From positions 586,178 through 650,177 of the forward strand of contig CAVOYC010000005.1 of NCBI GenBank assembly GCA_963700575.1: a stretch of DNA of 64,000 nucleotides, read 5' to 3'. Shown here piece by piece: positions 34,506-42,647 of the stretch. The stretch's first letter is position 1. Every line of letters starts with the position of its first letter. A program made the position numbers and the translations under genes. The notes beneath the pieces were generated by a model. The model made no database searches, was not told the origin of the DNA, and saw only the letters and a list, made by a program, of their open reading frames with translations. This DNA is from an uncultured Planctomycetota bacterium (GTDB lineage: Bacteria; Planctomycetota; Planctomycetia; Pirellulales; Pirellulaceae).

Positions 34506-35549
34506 TTAGTACCGAAGAATGCAGTCAACGGTGAGACGATTGTCCAGTACATCACGCCGGCCGGTCAAAGGTGCTTCCCAGGCACAGCCAAGCTCGAGCC
34601 GATCGCTCGGCTTGTATTTCAGTCCGAAAGCCCCAGTCACAATGTCGTTGCCGGCAACACCCCGGGCACCGAAATTGAACGTGTCGATACCTTCCAGTGG
34701 AAGTGGAAACGCGTCGCCGGCGCCCAGCCAATGAAACCAGTTGACCTCTCCCAACACATGCAAGTCCGTGAAACCGATGCGGCGCGACAGATGGTTCGAC
34801 CAATAACCGAGCGAACTCTCTGCGGAACGGTCGGCCGGCAGCAGCAGGCCAGCGGCACTAATCACTTGCCAGTGGTCTCGGGCGGCTCCTCCGGTCAGGA
34901 AAAGATGGAACAGGCCGTCACCATTTCCCTGCCGCGTTCGCGTACTGCCCGCGGGCAGTTCGTAGGTCAATCCGACGCTCAACAGACGTTGAAGTGCCGG
35001 GTCGGATAGCACGGTGTACTTGAATCCCGCGTTGACGTCGGCCCAGCCGTCATCGACCAACGGACTGGACGAAGTGAAGAACCCGCTCTTCGTGGCAATC
35101 ATCGAAAACCGGTTGGTCAACGCTGCTCGCAGTTGCAGCGTCAGCAAGTCAACCTCGCCGCCGCCAGCTGCCAGCGGGACCTTCTGGTGCAAGTACACGA
35201 AGCGGACTTCGGACAACGTGCGCGGGTTTTCAAAGTAGACCGGGTTGGATATCGGACTGATGAAACAGCAGAAGCGTTTGTCACTCGGGGCGATAACTCC
35301 CAAGAATCGATGACTGCAGGATTCACGGCACGTGCCGTCACAGCCGCTTGCACTTTGACCGAACTTACCGGCCAAGCTGGCGGAGACCGCCCCGTTCATT
35401 TCCCAGGGAGGTTCCTCATCAGAGAAACGGAAAGTTGCTGAAGCGGGCTGGATGGCCGGAAGAAAAACATCGAGGTCCTCGTCAGCTTGTGTCGGCAGGC
35501 TGACAATCACGACAAGCAGAATTGCCGTCCTGGGCGCGATGGGTCGCAT
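34506..35549 (-). CDS. secreted protein, possibly an outer-membrane beta-barrel (ends in ...LRY)
   Basis: Signal peptide MRPIAPRTAILLVVIVSLPTQA. 347 aa rich in G/S/T/aromatic residues, with alternating amphipathic stretches and a C-terminal aromatic residue. GGGAGA RBS. Confidence 0.45.
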   Translation of the reverse strand: MRPIAPRTAILLVVIVSLPTQADEDLDVFLPAIQPASATFRFSDEEPPWEMNGAVSASLAGKFGQSASGCDGTCRESCSHRFLGVIAPSDKRFCCFISPISNPVYFENPRTLSEVRFVYLHQKVPLAAGGGEVDLLTLQLRAALTNRFSMIATKSGFFTSSSPLVDDGWADVNAGFKYTVLSDPALQRLLSVGLTYELPAGSTRTRQGNGDGLFHLFLTGGAARDHWQVISAAGLLLPADRSAESSLGYWSNHLSRRIGFTDLHVLGEVNWFHWLGAGDAFPLPLEGIDTFNFGARGVAGNDIVTGAFGLKYKPSDRLELGCAWEAPLTGRRDVLDNRLTVDCILRY

Positions 35550-36357
35550 GAGGGGGTTCTCCCAGATGAGAACAGGGCGGGAATCTACGGGGGATCAAGT
35601 CTCAGTCTGCCACACGCGCACGGTGCACATATTGTTCGTGAACCGTTCGAGGGAATACTGCGGTACTGAACGGTTGGAGTGCGGGGATGGAACCCCTACG
35701 TTGTGCGGGCGTTCGCCCTTCAAACCTGCCATGTTGCCGCCTGCCATTACGCCATCATTCAATGAGTCCTTTGCGGCTGCAGCCGCCAGGCGGCGTTGGG
35801 CAGACATGCGGGCAGGTGCGTGTCGGGCGAGCGTTCTCTTGTCTTTTCGGCGGTGGACGATCAGCCGAATCAATTGAATCAACCACGACTATCAGCAAAA
35901 TCGTCACGACTGCCGCGCCAGACATGAATCGTCGCTATATTCGGCAAACTCATCCCGTCCGGCTGGCTCTGGGGAGGGGGAAAAACATCGAACGACAATA
36001 GAGCCCGCATGCGTTGCAGTGTAGGCGTCCCTATCTACGTCGAGTTCCCTCCAGCACCAAAGAGAATATCGAACGTCTGTGATTTCGCAGATTCTTGAGT
36101 GGGGAGCGAGTTTCGCGGACGTGCGATGGATGGCGCCGTGTGGCGAACGGGGAACGGGGAATGAATTGGCGAAGGGAGTGATCCAAGTTTCGAGGAGCGC
36201 GAGACCTTCTCATCACTCCCGTTAGAAACTGCTGCAAGAGTAGGTCCCGGCTGCCGGACGGGACCTTGTCGCGTCGCGAAACACTGGTATGCGGGGTCCC
36301 GCTCGGCAAGCGGGACCTCCTATCTGGCCAACGACGCTAGTATTTCAGCAGCCTCCA

Positions 36358-37827
36358 TTACCGGTGATGGCGGATCAGCTCAACCAACGTGCGGAGCATG
36401 GCTCCCGTGCCGCCGGCATCGAGCCAGGCTTTTGGTTTCTCGGCAAAGGACGGGCCAGCGATATCGCAGTGAACCCATGGCCTTTCGCGCACAAAGCGTT
36501 GCAGAAACTTAGCGGCAGTGATTGCCCCACCCCACCTTCCCTCGCCCACGTTTTTGATATCTGCCACGTCGCTCACAATCTGCTCGTCATACTCCTCAAA
36601 CATCGGCAGTTGCCAAACGGCCTCGCCGCACTTCTGGGCTGCCGTCAGCAAGCTATCACACCACTGCTGGTCGTTGGTCATCAATCCGGTCACATCCGTT
36701 CCCAGTGCGACCAGACAGGCACCTGTCAAGGTCGCCAGATCGATCAAACGCGTCGCGCCTTGATCCACAGCAACATCCAGCGCGTCGGCCAGTACAAGTC
36801 GCCCCTCGGCATCCGTGTTTTGAATCTCGATGGTCGTGCCGTTGCGCACCACGACCACATCGCCCAGCTTGTACGAGTTGCCACTGACCATGTTTTCGGC
36901 CAGTCCCAGATAGCCGGCAACGCGGACCGGCAGTTTGAGTCGTGCGACGGCCACCATTGTTCCCAGCACCGTGGCTGCTCCCCCCATGTCGCACTTCATG
37001 GTTTTCATGGCATCCGTTGGTTTGAGCGAGTAACCGCCGGAATCGAACGTGACTCCCTTGCCGACAAGCCCCAGCGTGCCGGACGCACTGTCGCTCCCCT
37101 GATACTTGAGCGTGACCAGGCGCGGCCCGTGGGCCGAACCGCGACCCACGGCGAGTATGGCTTGGCAGCGCTCTTGTTCCAGCCGCTGCTCATCCCATAC
37201 CTCGATTTCCAGACCGAACTGTTGAGCCAACTGGGACGCTTCCGCGGCAAATTGAGCCGGGCTCATGATGCTCGGTGTTTCGTTAATCAGACGCCGCGTC
37301 AGATTCACGCAATCCCCCAGAATCTCCCCTTCCGACAGAATGCCAGCAGTGCTGCCCAGCCAGACCAACTCGTCAAACGCTTGCAGCTTCTTTTCCGACC
37401 GATAAAGGTCCTGGCCCTGGCAGCCCGCTACCACACTGCAGACGCCCGCAACGATCGCCTCATCGCCCCAATCTGATTCGAATCCAAAGACAACGCGGTG
37501 TCGGGGTGTCGCGGCCAATTGTTTTGCCGCAGCGCCGGCAGCACGTACCGCGGCAGATTGAGCGAATCGGTCCCTTTCACCCAGTCCAACGACAAGCAAT
37601 CGTCGGGCTGCCAGCCCCGAAGGCGCGAGGAAGACAGTGATCTCGGCCAGCTTGCCCGTGATCTCCTTCGTATCGAGAAGAGCGGACACGGCGCCGCCGA
37701 GGGCCGAGTCAACTTGCCGGAGCAGCGGTCCCATGATCCCATCGGAGTAGATTCCTGTTACTATGGCGTCGCAATCGATGCGTTCGACAGTGGCCTCGGA
37801 AGTTGCCTCGGATGCCAGGATCTTCAT
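36358..37827 (-). CDS. pepA: leucyl aminopeptidase (M17)
   Basis: NTDAEGRLVLADAL signature, VGKGVTFDSGG and MKCDMGGAATV motifs. GAGGAAG RBS before the ATG at 37827. Confidence 0.9.
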   Translation of the reverse strand: MKILASEATSEATVERIDCDAIVTGIYSDGIMGPLLRQVDSALGGAVSALLDTKEITGKLAEITVFLAPSGLAARRLLVVGLGERDRFAQSAAVRAAGAAAKQLAATPRHRVVFGFESDWGDEAIVAGVCSVVAGCQGQDLYRSEKKLQAFDELVWLGSTAGILSEGEILGDCVNLTRRLINETPSIMSPAQFAAEASQLAQQFGLEIEVWDEQRLEQERCQAILAVGRGSAHGPRLVTLKYQGSDSASGTLGLVGKGVTFDSGGYSLKPTDAMKTMKCDMGGAATVLGTMVAVARLKLPVRVAGYLGLAENMVSGNSYKLGDVVVVRNGTTIEIQNTDAEGRLVLADALDVAVDQGATRLIDLATLTGACLVALGTDVTGLMTNDQQWCDSLLTAAQKCGEAVWQLPMFEEYDEQIVSDVADIKNVGEGRWGGAITAAKFLQRFVRERPWVHCDIAGPSFAEKPKAWLDAGGTGAMLRTLVELIRHHR

Positions 37828-38230
37828 GACCGTCTTCCTCGTGTACGAGACATGGTGTGCTGAACGAATTCGCATATTCTAGGCAACGAGGCTGGTTATC
37901 GCGACCGTCGGATGCGGGGCTTTGCTCGCCGCCCAAATCAGGTCCTTTCATATCCGTGGAGACCGGGCAGGGGCAGCGCCTACGTTGTCATACACTAGTC
38001 CGATTTCCACTGGGCTCGTCCCAGTGGGATCACAACTGGTTCGCTACGGGGCACCGGCACAGGTCTCCGGCGGTCCGCCGAGCCTGTCCCGGTGGGAGGA
38101 AAGACCTCTGCGGCTGCCTGGAACTGCGGATTGTGGCACCGTGGATGAGGCCCCATGCCCTGGGCCGCTTAGGATCGACGAAGGAAAAGCGCCGACCATC
38201 GCCAGAATGCCTGGCGCAAGGGATCGATTC

Positions 38231-40063
38231 ATGATTTACCGAAATTTGAGGCAATGCGTGACCGATTTGGAGCGGGCGGGCCACCTGGTGCGTTTGCCGG
38301 ACGAAGTCAGTGCCACACTCGAAGCGGCGGAGATCCAGCGTCGTGTCTACCGGAGCGGCGGTCCGGCCATTCTGTTTGAGAACGTGGCGGGATGCCGTTT
38401 CCCGATGGTCTCGAACCTGTTTGGAAGCGTTGAACGCGCTCGGTTCATGTTTCGCGAGACTTGGGAGCATGTGCGGCGGTTGATTGAACTGAAGATGGAC
38501 CCCAATCAGTTCTGGCTCCATCCAAGCCGCTATTTGCGGTCGATACCCACCGCGCTGCACATGCGTCCTCGACGCCGTTCGCACGGGCCCGTGTTGGAAT
38601 GCGAGCTGACGATCGATCAGCTTCCCCAACTGAAATCGTGGCCTGACGATGGAGGTGCTTTCGTCACTTTGCCTCAGGTGTATACGGAAGACTTGGCGCG
38701 TGGAGGTCTGCAGCACTCCAATTTGGGAATGTACCGCGTGCAGCTCTCTGGGGGACAGTACATCACCAACAGCGAAGTCGGACTCCACTACCAGTTGCAT
38801 CGCGGCATCGGCGTGCATCACGCGCAAGCGGTACAGCAGGGAACGTCGCTGCGCGTCAACATATTTGTGGGAGGCACGCCGGCCATGACTCTGGCGGCCG
38901 TAATGCCATTGCCGGAAGGCATGTCGGAACTGACCTTCGCGGGCGCCCTGGCGGGACACCGAATTCCCATGGCCTGCCGAAATGGATGCTTGCCCGTCTA
39001 CAGCGAGGCGGATTTCTGTATCCACGGTTCGATCGACCCCCAACGCCTCCTTCCCGAAGGGCCGTTTGGCGACCATTTGGGGTATTACAGTCTGGCACAC
39101 GAGTTTCCCTGCCTGCGTGTGCAGCGCGTCACGTGCCGCAAGAATGCAATTTGGCCGTTTACCGTGGTTGGCCGTCCACCGCAAGAGGATACCGTCTTTG
39201 GACAGCTGATCCACGAGTTGACTGGGCCGATCATTCCCACGGTGATCCCCGGGGTGCACGCAGTGCATGCCGTTGATGCCGCCGGCGTTCATCCCCTTCT
39301 GCTGGCCATTGGCAGTGAACGGTACGTACCGTACGAGGCTACGCGCATGCCGCGAGAATTGCTGACACAGTCCAACGCCATTCTCGGGCAAGGTCAGATG
39401 TCGCTGGCCAAGTACCTGTTGATCGTTGATCGCCACGACGATCCTCGGTTAGACATCCATGACGTCGAGGCCTTCCTGCGCCATCTGCTGTGCCGTATCG
39501 ATTGGACTCGCGACGCTCACTTCCAGACTCGAACCACCATGGACACACTCGATTACAGCGGATCGGCAATCAACGAAGGATCCAAGGTCGTCATGGCCGC
39601 CGCCGGAAACCCTCGCCGGGCACTCCCGACAGAGTTACCGGCGGACTTGCAGCTGCCCCCTGGGTTCGATGCACCCACGATGTGTCTTCCGGGAGTGCTG
39701 GCGATCCAAGGACCGACCTACGGCAGCGAAGGGGAATCCGCGCTGGCTCGCTTTTGCGGCGCGTACAGCGATCAACGTGTACTCAACCGTTTTCCTTTGA
39801 TCGTGATCGTGGACGACAGCGAATTCACGGCCAGAAGGCTGGACAACTTTTTGTGGGTGGTTTTCACGCGCAGCGATCCGGCCACGGACATCGACGGGAT
39901 TGGAGCGCTGCAGCAACGCAAGCACTGGGGATGCCGCGGAGCGCTGGTGATCGACGCGCGGATTAAACCGCGGCATGCGCCACCGCTGGTGGAAGATCCC
40001 CAGGTTACCCGCAAGATCGATGCGCTCGCGTCACGCGGTGGTCCCCTGGCCCGATTCTTGTAG
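38231..40063 (+). CDS. UbiD-family (prenylated-FMN-dependent) decarboxylase
   Basis: 610 aa. MIYRNLRQCVTDLERAGHLVRL...PAILFENVAGCRFPMVSNLFGS...GGAFVTLPQVYTEDL... is collinear with UbiD/MqnL-type decarboxylases. AAGGGA RBS. Confidence 0.85.
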   Translation: MIYRNLRQCVTDLERAGHLVRLPDEVSATLEAAEIQRRVYRSGGPAILFENVAGCRFPMVSNLFGSVERARFMFRETWEHVRRLIELKMDPNQFWLHPSRYLRSIPTALHMRPRRRSHGPVLECELTIDQLPQLKSWPDDGGAFVTLPQVYTEDLARGGLQHSNLGMYRVQLSGGQYITNSEVGLHYQLHRGIGVHHAQAVQQGTSLRVNIFVGGTPAMTLAAVMPLPEGMSELTFAGALAGHRIPMACRNGCLPVYSEADFCIHGSIDPQRLLPEGPFGDHLGYYSLAHEFPCLRVQRVTCRKNAIWPFTVVGRPPQEDTVFGQLIHELTGPIIPTVIPGVHAVHAVDAAGVHPLLLAIGSERYVPYEATRMPRELLTQSNAILGQGQMSLAKYLLIVDRHDDPRLDIHDVEAFLRHLLCRIDWTRDAHFQTRTTMDTLDYSGSAINEGSKVVMAAAGNPRRALPTELPADLQLPPGFDAPTMCLPGVLAIQGPTYGSEGESALARFCGAYSDQRVLNRFPLIVIVDDSEFTARRLDNFLWVVFTRSDPATDIDGIGALQQRKHWGCRGALVIDARIKPRHAPPLVEDPQVTRKIDALASRGGPLARFL

Positions 40064-40308
40064 TTCCGGGCACACAGTGCTGCGATATCGCCAAGCTTGT
40101 TGGTCTGGTAACGGATGAGCGACAGACGTTCGGCAGGCCCAGGCCCGTCTCCACCGAGCGGTAGCTCGTCGATGGATGCGGCCCAGCCGCCGCCCCGTTC
40201 TCTAGCCAACAGGTCCGGTTTCATTCATAATCCGAATGGTCCGGCAACAGGTAGTTTTCAGGGTCACCGTTACGCGGCGATCACTCGCAAGCTCTGGTCC
40301 CATTGACA

Positions 40309-42213
40309 ATGCTCTCGGCTTTCAGTTCTAACGATCTTATCTTGCATCTTCCGGATGTCATGCGGGTATTTGTCGCCGTGTGGTTGTTCGCTGTGGGAAG
40401 CTGTGTCGGCAGCTTTCTGAATGTCGTGGTACTGAGAATGCCGGCCGGAATGAGTATCGCTCGCATCGGTTCGCGCTGTCCGGTCTGCCTGCACTCCATA
40501 CGTTGGTACGACAACATCCCGATCATCAGTTGGCTGGTGCTGCGCGGACGTTGTCGTGATTGTGGCACGCCGATCTCGATTCGCTATCCGCTGGTCGAAC
40601 TTCTGTTGGCCTGCGTCTTTCTGCTGCTGGGCCTGCGCGAGGGGCTGGCCGGTGGGCACAATTTGCCGTTGCCGCCGGACGCACCCCGTTACTTCATCCG
40701 GACTGGGTGGGAGACCTGGTCTCTCTACACTTTCCAGATCATAGCGATCGTCGTCCTGATTGGGGCGGCACTGATCGAGCGGGATGGGAAGCCCGTCCCG
40801 CGACGCATCTTCGTTGCGCCGCTATTAGTCGGCCTTGTCGCTCCCCTGTGGCTGCCGTTCCTGTACCCCGTGGCGGCCATTCGTGAGGCGGCGAGTGTGC
40901 GCTTCTGGAGTGGGCCCACAGCCGCGCTGCTGGGCCTGCTCACCGGTGGCTTGATGGGCCTCGCCGCGTGGCCGGCCAGCAGCGGTCAGCCGCGGCGTCC
41001 CGGAGCTGGACTGACGGCTCTGATGGCTTCTTGTCTGGTGGGGCTGTATCTCGGCTGGCAGGCGGCGGGGCCACTCCTGCTTGCAGTGTCGACGATCTTT
41101 CTCGGTGCTTCCGTACTCGCTTGCCTGCCCAAGTGGACAGGTCGTGGCGGCTGGTGCATGTATCTGGCGGTGGGGTTGTTCGTGTACATCATGTTTTGGC
41201 GCGAACTGGCCGATCGGATACCGATGCTGGCGATCGAAGCCTCAGTCGGGCAGGTTCTGGGGTCCGCGGTGCTGGTGCTGCTTGTTGCGTTGACGACTCG
41301 GTGGTTCACACCGGCTCGGGAATTCGTCCGAACTGAGAAGGGGGAGGTAGGTGGCATGAAACCGATCGATCGCGAGAAGAATCTGCAACGGATTCTGGAA
41401 TCGCAAAGCTATTTGCCCGTTGAGTACGACGCGGAGTTTTTGCGACAAGGGGAAACGCGCCCAGTGCGTGTGCAGTTGGAATTGCTGAAACCCGAGATCG
41501 CACTGTTGCAGCAAGGCGTCAGCTCGACGGTCGTCGTTTTCGGCGGTACGCAGGTGGTGGAAAGGGAGGAGGCGGAACGCAAATTAAACAGAGCGTGCGA
41601 GGCCCTGCGGCAATCGCCCGACGACCCGCTCTGCCAGCGGGCAGTCCGACGGCTGGAACGGATCGTCGCCAAGTCGCGCTACTATGACGCCGCCCGTGCA
41701 TTTGGGAAACTCGTTTCCTCCAACTGCCAGATTGACGGAAAATGCGATTATGTCGTGACGACCGGCGGAGGGCCGGGGATCATGGAAGCGGCCAATCGGG
41801 GAGCTTACGACGTCGGCGCTAAATCAATCGGCTTGAACATCACTCTGCCCGCTGAGCAGACGCCTAACCCGTACATCACGCCGCAGCTCTGTTTCCAGTT
41901 CCATTATTTCGCGTTGCGGAAGATGCATTTTCTGCTGCGGGCCAAGGCGATGGTCGTCTTTCCAGGTGGGTTTGGCACTCTGGATGAGCTATTTGACGCC
42001 CTCACGCTGCGGCAGACAAAGCGGATGCAGGACATCCCCATCATCCTGTTCGGCAAGGAATTCTGGCAGCGCGTGATCGATTTCCAATTCCTGGCTGATG
42101 AGGGGGTGGTGGCGGACCGAGATCTGGAGTTATTCAGCTTCGTTGAAACGCCCGAAGAAGCGTGGTCGATCATTACGACTTTCCACCGGCAAGGTGAGGG
42201 GGTGAGCGGGTGA
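40309..42213 (+). CDS. fusion protein: prepilin-peptidase (A24/PilD)-like membrane domain (likely inactive) joined to a LOG-family (TIGR00730, PpnN-like) domain
   Basis: N-terminal part: [67 protein letters not shown] (tetra-Cys PilD N-domain) followed by about 8 TM segments. The first Asp motif is retained (ALIERDGKP). Where the GGGDVKL motif is expected the sequence reads [10 protein letters not shown]-terminal part: VVVFGGTQ...[16 protein letters not shown]...[19 protein letters not shown], i.e. the GGGxGxM and PGGxGTxxE LOG motifs. It is one uninterrupted ORF. The first ATG is at 40309 and a PilD-like start [14 protein letters not shown] lies at 40360. Confidence 0.7.
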   Translation: MLSAFSSNDLILHLPDVMRVFVAVWLFAVGSCVGSFLNVVVLRMPAGMSIARIGSRCPVCLHSIRWYDNIPIISWLVLRGRCRDCGTPISIRYPLVELLLACVFLLLGLREGLAGGHNLPLPPDAPRYFIRTGWETWSLYTFQIIAIVVLIGAALIERDGKPVPRRIFVAPLLVGLVAPLWLPFLYPVAAIREAASVRFWSGPTAALLGLLTGGLMGLAAWPASSGQPRRPGAGLTALMASCLVGLYLGWQAAGPLLLAVSTIFLGASVLACLPKWTGRGGWCMYLAVGLFVYIMFWRELADRIPMLAIEASVGQVLGSAVLVLLVALTTRWFTPAREFVRTEKGEVGGMKPIDREKNLQRILESQSYLPVEYDAEFLRQGETRPVRVQLELLKPEIALLQQGVSSTVVVFGGTQVVEREEAERKLNRACEALRQSPDDPLCQRAVRRLERIVAKSRYYDAARAFGKLVSSNCQIDGKCDYVVTTGGGPGIMEAANRGAYDVGAKSIGLNITLPAEQTPNPYITPQLCFQFHYFALRKMHFLLRAKAMVVFPGGFGTLDELFDALTLRQTKRMQDIPIILFGKEFWQRVIDFQFLADEGVVADRDLELFSFVETPEEAWSIITTFHRQGEGVSG

Positions 42214-42231
42214 GCGGGTGAGCGGGTGAGG
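42193..42231. repeat. heptamer tandem repeat GGTGAGC/GGTGAGG x5.5 spanning the stop codon of the fusion gene
   Basis: ggtgagggggtgagcgggtgagcgggtgagcgggtgagg. TGA occurs in all three frames within 21 nt. Confidence 0.8.
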
Positions 42232-42647
42232 CGCAGGACGACGCTGATGTTGATGGTGACGCGAAAGGGGTATTGCTCGAGGCGCGCGTTGCGGCACTTC
42301 ACACCCTGCTGTTCGCATTGAAAGGGCCATCGCCCGAGAGCCAGACACCAGGATTTCCCACGGTTTTCGGGTTGCTCGGTGGCATCACCGTGGTGCTTGG
42401 CACACCTGACGACTGAGTGCCGCGCCACCGGAAACGGGGGTGCCTGTCGATGGTGAATTACCTACAATGCTGGGTTGCCGAGGGACAGCAGCCCAGTACC
42501 CGCAGCCTGTTGCCGCCGGCAACTGCCCCCGGTGGCCGCTTCATGTCGTCTTGCGGTTCCTGTCGTCTTGAGCCGGGCGGGGATCGCGTGGGATCGGGAT
42601 CCCGCGCGTGGTGATGCTGACGAATCGATCATTTACGGAGAATCACG

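Noticed and set aside
38030-39436. 468-aa minus-strand ORF
   Set aside because: Antisense to the intact, well-supported UbiD-family gene.
42193-42231. Phase-variable C-terminus via the GGTGAGC heptamer array at the stop codon of the fusion gene
   Set aside because: Every register of the 7-mer contains TGA, so changes in repeat number cannot extend the ORF meaningfully. It is more likely a dispersed repeat or terminator-associated element.
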